A DNA stretch of 64,000 bases from Pseudomonadota bacterium (GTDB lineage Bacteria; Pseudomonadota; Gammaproteobacteria; Steroidobacterales; Rariloculaceae). The translations under genes and the position numbers were made by a program. Every line of letters begins with the position of its first letter. Position 1 is the first letter of the stretch. Under the pieces are notes generated by a model that saw nothing but the letters and a program-made list of their open reading frames with translations, was not told the DNA's origin and did not search any database. The stretch covers positions 208,138 to 272,137 of the forward strand of contig JAYZFC010000002.1 in NCBI GenBank assembly GCA_036337035.1, in the 5' to 3' direction. Shown in pieces: positions 19,799 to 28,274 of the stretch.

Positions 19799-20083
19799 AT
19801 GTCGATGAAGAAAGTAAGAAAAGAAATAGATGCTATTGATAAGGAGTTAGTTGTATTACTAACTAAACGTCAGAAATGGATTGAAAAAGCCGCTTTAGTT
19901 AAAAATGATGAGGCACTAATATTTGATCAAGATAGAATTGACCAAGTTCTAAAAAATGTAGAGCAATTATCTAATGAATATGGGTTATCTTTAAAAATTA
20001 CCTACCCATTATGGAAAAAGTTAATTGAACTATCTATAGAACACGAATTTGCTGAACTAAAAAAAATACAAGTGAAAAACTAA
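19799..20083 (+). CDS. monofunctional AroQ-class chorismate mutase-like protein
   Basis: 94 aa. VRKEIDAIDKELVVLLTKRQKWIEKAALVK matches the LRxxIDxIDxxLLxLLxxR helix-1 pattern. Confidence 0.6.
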   Translation: MSMKKVRKEIDAIDKELVVLLTKRQKWIEKAALVKNDEALIFDQDRIDQVLKNVEQLSNEYGLSLKITYPLWKKLIELSIEHEFAELKKIQVKN

Positions 20084-20097
20084 TAAATTACTATCAA

Positions 20098-21147
20098 TTA
20101 GACTGAGTCTTCAACTACACACTCATAAGGCTCGACAGTTTCACCTGGCAGATTAATCCAATGAGCTTCCCAAACAAAAGGTTCTACTAGAGAGCTAGGT
20201 TCATCAACAACTAGCTTATAATGCAAAACATCATCGGTTGCATTGAAATACTCTGTTAGTTTTACATTTTCTGACTGAGGAACACCCACTCTATTAAGAT
20301 ATGGCCAGTTAATCCTATCTGTTTTAACTACCAAGGTAGAATCTTGCCACTCTCCAATTGAATATCCAGTATGAGAGAAGGGCATATCTTCTGGAGCTAT
20401 AACATTTTCTCCCATAACAATAGTTCTTTTAGCATCAAATTCTTCAAAAATAATTTCTATATTTCCACCAACCTGGATAAATTGCATTGGATAAGGGTTT
20501 CCCATCAATGAAGGCATACCAGGAGGTACACATTCCAACAAAGGGTTATCAAGAATATTATCAAAATTCGATACAGCGATCTTAGCAGACTCCATCAAAT
20601 TTTGTGGCTGTGAGAAAAACCAAGCTCTAACAGCCTGGCTCCAAACTTTATAAATATTTTCTCTAGATAAAGAACTATCTATATCTGGAGTTTCGCTATA
20701 ACCAATGTCAATTGCTAATCTACGATCGTCACCTATAAAAGTATTAGACCATCTTGGCTCACTAGATGCTCCTAACAATAGCTCTAATTGTTGATCCTGA
20801 ATAAGCATATGAGATACTTGAATATAATTATCTCTTGCAGTTGATGGATTGCCCGCTACTAAAACCCTATCTCCAATAGAAACCTCATCGCCAGTAAATC
20901 CTCTTCTTCTTTGGGCACTAATTGAGCCTCCTTCTATGGTCCAAATTATAGTTGATGAGTCTTCTCCTTGCTCTTGAACCTCAAGCAATATGTGGGGGTT
21001 TCTCCAACTTATTTTTGATACTAGACCTTCAATTTCTCTAACAACACTGCGATCAAATTCAGCCATAGAGTGATGAGATGATGCATGTGAACAAAGAAAA
21101 AAAAGAGTTATCGAAATAGTACTTTTAATAGTCATTATAAACTCCAA
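20098..21147 (-). CDS. secreted hypothetical protein
   Basis: 349 aa with a signal peptide. The N-terminal HHSMAEFDRSVVREIEGLVSKISWRNPH block resembles small DUF6152-type exported proteins. The rest is unassigned. Confidence 0.45.
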   Translation of the reverse strand: MEFIMTIKSTISITLFFLCSHASSHHSMAEFDRSVVREIEGLVSKISWRNPHILLEVQEQGEDSSTIIWTIEGGSISAQRRRGFTGDEVSIGDRVLVAGNPSTARDNYIQVSHMLIQDQQLELLLGASSEPRWSNTFIGDDRRLAIDIGYSETPDIDSSLSRENIYKVWSQAVRAWFFSQPQNLMESAKIAVSNFDNILDNPLLECVPPGMPSLMGNPYPMQFIQVGGNIEIIFEEFDAKRTIVMGENVIAPEDMPFSHTGYSIGEWQDSTLVVKTDRINWPYLNRVGVPQSENVKLTEYFNATDDVLHYKLVVDEPSSLVEPFVWEAHWINLPGETVEPYECVVEDSV

Positions 21148-21185
21148 AAAGATCTAGAGTTAATATAGCACACAAAAAAATAATA

Positions 21186-22139
21186 CTATTGGTTATCTAA
21201 CCAATCGTCATCTGATTCTTCACTCAAATCATCGAATAGGTAAGTACTAAGATATCTTTCACCTGTATCAGGAAGCATAACAAGCATTACTGAACCTGGC
21301 TCAGCTGATTCAGCTACTTTTAAGCCAGCAGCAAGTGTTCCTCCCCCGGACAAACCAACGAAAATACCTTCCTGTTTTGCGAGATTTCTAGCTGTATTTT
21401 TCGCTTCCTCATCAGTTACTGGAATCAGATGGTCATGAATATCCAAACTCATAACTTCAGGCAAAAAATCTGGAGTCCAGCCCTGTATCTTATGAGGTTG
21501 CCAATCCTTACCCGCTATTAACTGGGCACCTTCAGGCTCAGTAGCAACTATCTGAACATTTGGTCTGGCAAGCTTTATAACTTCACCCGCACCCGTTAGA
21601 GTGCCTCCAGTACCCCATCCAGTTACCCAATAATCGAGCTGTCTGCCAGCAAAATCACTTAAAATTTCTGGGCCTGTTGTTTGTCTGTGAAATTCTGGAT
21701 TTGCTAGATTTTGAAATTGTCTAGCTAGAAACCACCCATTTTTTTCTGCTAACTCTTCTGCTTTTTTAACCATTCCTGTAGCTCTATCGGCAGCAGGAGT
21801 TAATATAACTTTTGCTCCAAGAGCCTTCATGATCTTTCGACGTTCTACTGAAAAGGTCTCAACCATAGTAGCAACAAATTGATAACCTTTAGCAGCACAA
21901 ACCATAGCTAAAGCAATTCCTGTGTTACCAGAGGTTGCTTCTACGACTGTTTGCCCTGGGCTTAATAACCCTTTTTTCTCTGCATCATCAATAATTGCAA
22001 AAGCAAGGCGGTCTTTAACTGAGCTAAGCGGATTAAAAGATTCTAACTTAACGAAGATATCAATACCCTCTGGACTAGTTTTGCTCAATTTTACAACTGG
22101 TGTATTCCCAATCGTCTGAAGTACGCTTTCATATATCAT
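21186..22139 (-). CDS. cysK: cysteine synthase A (O-acetylserine sulfhydrylase)
   Basis: 317 aa. IGNTPVVKL, NPLSSVKDRLA (PLP lysine), TSGNTGIALA, GTGGTLTG. Confidence 0.88.
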   Translation of the reverse strand: MIYESVLQTIGNTPVVKLSKTSPEGIDIFVKLESFNPLSSVKDRLAFAIIDDAEKKGLLSPGQTVVEATSGNTGIALAMVCAAKGYQFVATMVETFSVERRKIMKALGAKVILTPAADRATGMVKKAEELAEKNGWFLARQFQNLANPEFHRQTTGPEILSDFAGRQLDYWVTGWGTGGTLTGAGEVIKLARPNVQIVATEPEGAQLIAGKDWQPHKIQGWTPDFLPEVMSLDIHDHLIPVTDEEAKNTARNLAKQEGIFVGLSGGGTLAAGLKVAESAEPGSVMLVMLPDTGERYLSTYLFDDLSEESDDDWLDNQ

Positions 22140-22276
22140 ATAAACCTTTTCCTTTTACATTCACCGTAGAACGTCGAAAGATACATGTTTTTTAACAAAA
22201 AAAGAAAGATTTTGTTACAATTCATATATTCCAAAATGTTATATGATATAATACTATAAAAATATAAAATAATTTT

Positions 22277-23284
22277 ATGACACTTAAACAACTTAAATAC
22301 CTGATTTGCATTGCTGATAATGGCCTTAATATATCTTCTGCTGCAGAAAAACTCTATACAAGCCAGCCGGGAATAAGTAAACAAATAAAGTACCTTGAAG
22401 CTGAGCTAGGAATGCAGCTATTTAAGAGAAAAGGAAAAAGTCTAGTGTCTATTACAAGTGCAGGGTTTGAGGTAATTGAAAAGGCAAGAAAGATTCTTAG
22501 AGAATCAGAAAATATTAAAAGAATTGCGGGTGATCTTTCAGGTGAAGAAGAAGGCAAGCTTTCGATTGCAACTACTCATACTCAAGCAAGATACATTTTA
22601 CCTGATATTATTAAAAATTTTACTCAAAAATATCCAAAAATAGATTTGGAACTTCATCAGGGAACTTCTGAACAGATCGCAGAACTGATTAATACTCATC
22701 AAGTTGATTTTGCTATGGCGACAGGGGCAATAAAATATTTCCCTAGCCTTAAATTACTTCCGCTTTTTAATTGGAATAGAATAATCCTTGTTCCTAAAAA
22801 TCACCCTATATCTATAAAAAAGATAAGTTTAGAATCTCTTTCATCCTATCCTTTAGTAACCTATATTTTTAGTCTTACTGGAGACTCATCTTTTAAACAA
22901 GCATTTCTAGATAAAAAACTAAATCCAAGAGTTGTATTTACAGCAAGAGATGCTGATATTATCAAAACTTATGTTCGAATTGGAATGGGGGTTGGAGTAG
23001 TTGCTTCAATGACCTTTGAGGAAAATGATTCTCATGATTTAACTCCTATAGATGCATCAAATTTATTTCCAGAAGTTACCACTTGGCTAGGATTTCCAAA
23101 AGATATGGTTCTTAGAAGCTATATGAAAGATTTTATTAATATGCTTTCACCAATATATAATAATAATTTAATAAAACAAATTATTGATTGCAATGATCAG
23201 GAATCTATTGACATATTGTTATCGTCAATCACTTTTCCTACATATAGATTCTCCTCTAATAAAAAGAAGCTAACCCTGAATTAA
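22277..23284 (+). CDS. cysB: LysR-family regulator, CysB-like
   Basis: MTLKQLKYLICIADNGLNISSAAEKLYTSQPGISKQIKYLEAELGMQLF parallels the CysB/Cbl N-terminal HTH. Divergent from cysK. Confidence 0.75.
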   Translation: MTLKQLKYLICIADNGLNISSAAEKLYTSQPGISKQIKYLEAELGMQLFKRKGKSLVSITSAGFEVIEKARKILRESENIKRIAGDLSGEEEGKLSIATTHTQARYILPDIIKNFTQKYPKIDLELHQGTSEQIAELINTHQVDFAMATGAIKYFPSLKLLPLFNWNRIILVPKNHPISIKKISLESLSSYPLVTYIFSLTGDSSFKQAFLDKKLNPRVVFTARDADIIKTYVRIGMGVGVVASMTFEENDSHDLTPIDASNLFPEVTTWLGFPKDMVLRSYMKDFINMLSPIYNNNLIKQIIDCNDQESIDILLSSITFPTYRFSSNKKKLTLN

Positions 23285-24634
23285 TTTTTTGGCAATGGAA
23301 ATTCCAGATTCCATGGCGCCCTCCATTCCTCTATTCTCTTTTGCTAAATGCTCGCCACAGAAATGAATATTATTATGAGAATCTCCAAGAATATTAGCGT
23401 AATTTCTAATCTGACCAGGTCTATAATAAGCCCAAGCACCTTTAGAAAATCTCTCATTACCCCAAGATATTAAATCAATAAATTCTAGCTGACCCTTTGA
23501 TGCTGGCCTAATATTTTCAATAGTTTTAGTAATTAATTCTGCCGCTTCGTTCTTTGGTAATCTATCAATTGCTTCTGCATTCTTTCCAAAAATCCAAGAA
23601 GTAAAACTTGAAATCTCTTTAGGGTTATCTCTACTTCTTGTTGCACTAAACATACCTACTAGGCTATTTGAAAAAAAACTTGGGTTATATTCATCTAATT
23701 CCCAGAACTTTGACTTATGCCTAAAATAAATTTGAGTCATCGGCTGATAAGGTATATTTTTAATTGCTTCATATTGCTTTGGTGGAAGATCGGGAATAAA
23801 TAAAATTTCTTTTAACACACTTAGAGGAATTGAACATATCACATGATTGGCTACATATTGACTACCATCTTCACAAAATATTGAAATCTCATTTCTCCCT
23901 GAATTTATACTAAGTACATTTTTATTGAAATGAATTTCTTTTTCTAACTGAGATGACATAATGTCAGTAAAGGTGCTTACTCCATTTAATGCTGTGTATC
24001 CGATTACTTTATCGTCAATCATCTTCTGATCTGAAGAAAATGCTGCTCTATATAATAATAGAAGTGTAGAAACATCTTTAGCATCTAAGCCGTAACTTAC
24101 ATTTATACCATAAACTAGCTTGATCTGATCTTCGCTAAAACCCTTATCTTTTAACCATTGCTCAAATGGAATATCATAAATAAGATTTTTCTTATCTAAC
24201 CATTCTCCAGCGCTATTTAGTGGATTATATTGCTTAGTAAGAACTCTATATATTGACCATGGCATAATATTTCTAAATTTTTCAGGAAAAATATTTTTTT
24301 TACTACTAGGCCAATCTTTTTGTGTAATTATTTCATTATCTAAAACAAGATCTTGCTCCTTAAAAAAAGAAAGCATATGAGAAACATCAATCAAATCAAT
24401 ATTATTATTTTTTGCAAATTCTATGATCATTTTATAATTAGCGCCTATATATGTTCCTCCGGCTTCTATATTCCTACCGAAATGATCCATAGAATGAATT
24501 CTTCCACCAGATCTATCATTAGCCTCAATCACTTGAACACTTAACCCCATTTTCTGTAATTCTAATGCGGCTACTAATCCAGATAACCCTGCACCAATGA
24601 CAACAACAGATCGTTTTATTTTTTTTGATAACAC
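23270..24634 (-). CDS. FAD-dependent amine-oxidase-family flavoprotein (MAO-like)
   Basis: VVVIGAGLSGLVAALEL...VIEANDRSGGRI, GGTYIG and C-terminal FCGEHLAKENRGMEGAMESG resemble monoamine/polyamine oxidases more than canonical HemY. It lies 8 nt downstream of hemH on the same strand. Confidence 0.75.
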   Translation of the reverse strand: MLSKKIKRSVVVIGAGLSGLVAALELQKMGLSVQVIEANDRSGGRIHSMDHFGRNIEAGGTYIGANYKMIIEFAKNNNIDLIDVSHMLSFFKEQDLVLDNEIITQKDWPSSKKNIFPEKFRNIMPWSIYRVLTKQYNPLNSAGEWLDKKNLIYDIPFEQWLKDKGFSEDQIKLVYGINVSYGLDAKDVSTLLLLYRAAFSSDQKMIDDKVIGYTALNGVSTFTDIMSSQLEKEIHFNKNVLSINSGRNEISIFCEDGSQYVANHVICSIPLSVLKEILFIPDLPPKQYEAIKNIPYQPMTQIYFRHKSKFWELDEYNPSFFSNSLVGMFSATRSRDNPKEISSFTSWIFGKNAEAIDRLPKNEAAELITKTIENIRPASKGQLEFIDLISWGNERFSKGAWAYYRPGQIRNYANILGDSHNNIHFCGEHLAKENRGMEGAMESGISIAKKLIQG

Positions 24635-24642
24635 TTATCTAT

Positions 24643-25716
24643 TTATTCTGCTTGGCATAAAGAGGGTTTTGTTGGTCCTGGTCTTCCAGAGAGACAGCAA
24701 TCTGGAGGACAATAGTTATGGCTTGGACCTAAAGAGCCTAAACTAGGCCTAATATCATCGCTGCTTAATCTTTCTTGAACCAAGCTTGTTACCATAGATA
24801 TATAGGCTGGATGATCCCCTACAGTTTTAGCCCTAACCATATTTATATTTGACTCTTTAGCTGATGATTGTGCCTCTATATCAAGATCAAGAACTACCTC
24901 CATATGATCACAAACAAAACCTATAGGGACTATAACTAAATTCTTATATCCTCTACTTGATAAATTTTTTATGGCATCTTCTATATCTGGCTCTAACCAT
25001 GGCTCACCATAAGAAGCATTATTACTCTGAAAGATAAGATCCCAGTTTTTAACCATTAATGAGTTCGCAACTAAAGAACTAGCTTCCTTTAATTGAGTTA
25101 CATATTTAGTATGTTTAGACATCGAAAGGGGCAAGCTATGAGCTGTAAAAAAAATTATAGTCTCTTTCTCATCAAATAATCCAAGCTTATCAATAGCATC
25201 CTTCGCACGAGAGCAAACTGCTTCTATAAATCCAGGATGATTAAAACCTAATCTCAACTTATCCACCTTAAAAGGATTGCCTAGAGCCTCATTAGCTACA
25301 TAGAGATCTTCTCGATATTTTCTACAACCGCTATAAGAGCTAAAAGTGCTTGTAACAAAAGTTATAACATTTTTTACTCCATCATCGTGCATAGCTTCAA
25401 ATGTATCTTTCAGCATGGGATGCCAATTTCTATTACCCCAATAAACAGGCAAATTAATATTATTCTTTAATAAATCCTTCTTTAGCGCTGCTATAAATTT
25501 TCTGGTCTCTTCGTTTATTGGGCTGATACCATCAAATTGGTGATATCTTTTTGCTATAGCTTGTTTAGCTCTATCTGGAACATTTAACCCTTCTAATACA
25601 TTATCTAAAAATGGAAGAACATCATCCATCCCCTCGGGCCCTCCAAAAGAGAGTACTAGTAAAGCATCATAACTATTACTACCACTATCAATTAAATTTT
25701 GGGACTTGTTTGCCAT
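24643..25716 (-). CDS. hemH: ferrochelatase, actinobacterial (coproporphyrin ferrochelatase-like) type with Cys-rich C-terminus
   Basis: LLVLSFGGPEGMDDVLPFLDNV...DGISPINE...PVYWGNRNWHP...SSYSGCRKY parallels Mycobacterium-type ferrochelatase as I recall it. The C-terminus reads CPPDCCLSGRPGPTKPSLC. Confidence 0.88.
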   Translation of the reverse strand: MANKSQNLIDSGSNSYDALLVLSFGGPEGMDDVLPFLDNVLEGLNVPDRAKQAIAKRYHQFDGISPINEETRKFIAALKKDLLKNNINLPVYWGNRNWHPMLKDTFEAMHDDGVKNVITFVTSTFSSYSGCRKYREDLYVANEALGNPFKVDKLRLGFNHPGFIEAVCSRAKDAIDKLGLFDEKETIIFFTAHSLPLSMSKHTKYVTQLKEASSLVANSLMVKNWDLIFQSNNASYGEPWLEPDIEDAIKNLSSRGYKNLVIVPIGFVCDHMEVVLDLDIEAQSSAKESNINMVRAKTVGDHPAYISMVTSLVQERLSSDDIRPSLGSLGPSHNYCPPDCCLSGRPGPTKPSLCQAE

Positions 25717-25722
25717 AGCCTA

Positions 25723-26499
25723 TCAAAGAGAATATTCTGGACGCCATGTATCTTTCGTATCCTCATCTATGCCTTGACTCTGATAATGCCAAATACGCCT
25801 TCCGACAAAGAAAGGGCCTAAGCTTTCTAAATATTGAGAGGTTTGCTCAGTTGTTCTCATTTCTTCAACGACAGCAGAAAGGGGATGTAAATAAAAACCT
25901 AATAATCCAATGACAAAATCATTATCATTTTTATCTAATCCATGACAAGCCAGTCTTATATCTGTAGCTAGGTTATCATGCCCATATCTTTTTGCTAGAC
26001 TACCGTGTTCACCTAGAATTTTTTTTTGCTTCGCTTCTGGCAAAACATAGAATTCCTTCTTTCTTCGAAGTGGATACCAGATTCCAAACTCATTATTTTC
26101 ATCAAGAATCTTGTTCAAAGGTCTGACCAATAAAGTATCTTCTAGATCTTGTTCATAACCAATAGAATAAGTTCTTCCTAGCATATCAAATTCAGACTTA
26201 TGATTTAGCAGGGAAAAAGATTCTGTTTGAAAAACATTTCTTAAGTCATTTGATCCCAGCTTATCCATTTCATACCAATTAACAATTCCTATACCGCTAG
26301 GATCGTTAAGATCTTGATAAATAACAGCAGATACGCCATTTCTTCTAAAAGCACTAGTAATATCCTTTAACATTTCACGATCTTTACAGTTATTAAAGGC
26401 TGTAAATTTTATAAATAATCTTCTATCGAGGGAAATTTGTTTTCCATCCTTCATACCCTTTTCACTAAGATCAACTATATTCTCTTTTTCATCAGCCAT
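25723..26499 (-). CDS. hemQ: chlorite-dismutase-family protein, HemQ/ChdC-like coproheme decarboxylase
   Basis: 258 aa. YPLRRKKEFYVLPEAKQKKILGEHG...MRTTEQTSQYL...PFFVGRRI is colinear with actinobacterial HemQ (YPFVRSYEWYLLP...ADHG...LRATDARRH...PFFTG). Sits between hemE and hemH. Confidence 0.72.
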   Translation of the reverse strand: MADEKENIVDLSEKGMKDGKQISLDRRLFIKFTAFNNCKDREMLKDITSAFRRNGVSAVIYQDLNDPSGIGIVNWYEMDKLGSNDLRNVFQTESFSLLNHKSEFDMLGRTYSIGYEQDLEDTLLVRPLNKILDENNEFGIWYPLRRKKEFYVLPEAKQKKILGEHGSLAKRYGHDNLATDIRLACHGLDKNDNDFVIGLLGFYLHPLSAVVEEMRTTEQTSQYLESLGPFFVGRRIWHYQSQGIDEDTKDTWRPEYSL

Positions 26500-26504
26500 A
26501 TTAT

Positions 26505-27527
26505 CTATTCCCTATTCTCTTCGTTATGTATTTCATCAATCAAAGCATCTACACTCTCTAAAGGAGTGTTTGGCATAATGCCATGTCCGAGATTCATAAT
26601 ATGCCCAACTGGATCAACATTTTTAAGAAGTTTTTTTGTCTCTTGGCGAGTTGCTTCCGGACCAGCAACAAGAATCGCAGGGTCCAAATTACCCTGAATT
26701 GCCCTATTCTTACCATAAAGATTCTTTATCTCTGATAAATTAACTCTCCAATCAACAGCTAACACCTCAGAAGGTAGCTCTGCATATGCATTAACTAAAT
26801 GAGGAGCATTTTGTAAAAAAATAATTCTAGGTACATTAATTTTACCTATTTCAGAAAGTAAAAATTCTAAATGGGGCTTAATGTATTTCTGCCAACTATC
26901 TAGAGATAATAAACCAGCCCAAGAATCAAATATTTGTACTGCATCTACACCTGCTTCTACCTGACTTTTAAGATAGCTAATCATATGTAATGTAATTTTT
27001 TCTAATAGCCGTTCCATAACTTCTGGCTCTGAAGCTAAGAAAGATCTTAATTTTGGAAAATCCTTATTACCTTTGCCTTCCACTAAATAAGCTGACAATG
27101 TCCATGGAGCGCCACAAAAGCCTAATAATGCTATTTCATTAGAGAGCTCACTTCTTGTTTGAGCAATCGCCTTCATTACTTCTGGAGCAATTTCTTCTGC
27201 CCCCGTATCAATAAGATTATCTACATCTTTATTGTCCGAAATAGGATTAGTAATAATTGGTCCAGGGTTAAAATCAAAATCAATTCCTAAAGATGGAACA
27301 GGGCTCATAATATCAGCAAAAATGATTGCTGCATCTAAATCAAATCTCTTAATTGGAAGAAGAGTAACCTCAGTAGCAAAATCAGACGATCTAGATAAAT
27401 CTTTAAAACTATGTGTTTTTCTAAGAGCTCTATATTCTGGTAAATATCTGCCAGCCTGCCTCATAATCCATAAAGGCCTTCTAGGAGTTGGATTTCTATT
27501 AATAGACTCTAAGAGTATCTTTTCCAA
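26505..27527 (-). CDS. hemE: uroporphyrinogen decarboxylase
   Basis: 340 aa. PLWIMRQAGRYLPEYR signature, FDSWAG, NLGHGI. Confidence 0.92.
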   Translation of the reverse strand: MEKILLESINRNPTPRRPLWIMRQAGRYLPEYRALRKTHSFKDLSRSSDFATEVTLLPIKRFDLDAAIIFADIMSPVPSLGIDFDFNPGPIITNPISDNKDVDNLIDTGAEEIAPEVMKAIAQTRSELSNEIALLGFCGAPWTLSAYLVEGKGNKDFPKLRSFLASEPEVMERLLEKITLHMISYLKSQVEAGVDAVQIFDSWAGLLSLDSWQKYIKPHLEFLLSEIGKINVPRIIFLQNAPHLVNAYAELPSEVLAVDWRVNLSEIKNLYGKNRAIQGNLDPAILVAGPEATRQETKKLLKNVDPVGHIMNLGHGIMPNTPLESVDALIDEIHNEENRE

Positions 27528-27539
27528 TTGACTTTCCTT

Positions 27540-28274
27540 TTAATTATTATCTTCTTTAGGATTAACAAAAAATTGATATCCCACACCTCTAACAGTATGA
27601 AAATATTCAGGTGATTCTGGATTAATTTCAAATCTTTTTCTGAGTCTAACAATAAAATTATCTATCGTTCTAGTAGAGGGAAAAACTTCGTAGCCCCATA
27701 CTTTATCTAATATCTCTTCTCTTGTTATTACTGTATCGATATTTTCAGAAAAAAGCTTTAAAATCATAATCTCTTTATGCGTAAGGACGTGCTCAACACC
27801 TTCCCATGACTTTGCCCTATAAGTTTTAAAATTAATAGAATTCTTACCAAAATTAAGAAAAGAATTATCATCTTTTAGCCATTCGCTTCTTCTTAATATA
27901 GCAGAAATCCTAAGCAATAATTCCCTTAGATGAAAAGGCTTACCTAGATAATCATCTCCACCAGCTTCTAATCCAGAAACCCTATCATCTAAACTATTTT
28001 TTACTGTCAAGAACAAGACTGGTACCTGGGATCCTGATGATCTAATTCTATCGCAAACCTCTATACCATCTAATTTAGGCATCATCACATCAAGTAAAAT
28101 TAGATCATATTTATTATCTAGAGCCTTGGTAAGTCCCTCTTCTCCATCATAGGCTATTTCAACATCATACCCCTCTGAAACAAGGCTTTCCTTTATTCCT
28201 TCAGATATATTCACTTCATCATCAATAACTAATATTTTATTCATACTCATAACTCTATCTATTCTATAGGCCAA
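27540..28274 (-). CDS. OmpR/PhoB-family response regulator
   Basis: Receiver domain (ILVIDDE...LILLDVMMPKLDG...LTVK...GGDDYLGKPF) plus winged-helix (IDNFIVRLRKRF...TVRGVGY). The true start may be the internal MSMNK/MNK. Confidence 0.88.
   Translation of the reverse strand: MAYRIDRVMSMNKILVIDDEVNISEGIKESLVSEGYDVEIAYDGEEGLTKALDNKYDLILLDVMMPKLDGIEVCDRIRSSGSQVPVLFLTVKNSLDDRVSGLEAGGDDYLGKPFHLRELLLRISAILRRSEWLKDDNSFLNFGKNSINFKTYRAKSWEGVEHVLTHKEIMILKLFSENIDTVITREEILDKVWGYEVFPSTRTIDNFIVRLRKRFEINPESPEYFHTVRGVGYQFFVNPKEDNN

Noticed and set aside
22136-22384. 82-aa minus-strand ORF spanning the cysK-cysB intergenic region and the cysB 5' end.
   Set aside because: It overlaps the strongly supported CysB HTH coding region and the divergent promoter region. 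Its product is Ile/Phe/Tyr/Asn-rich AT-driven sequence with no motifs.
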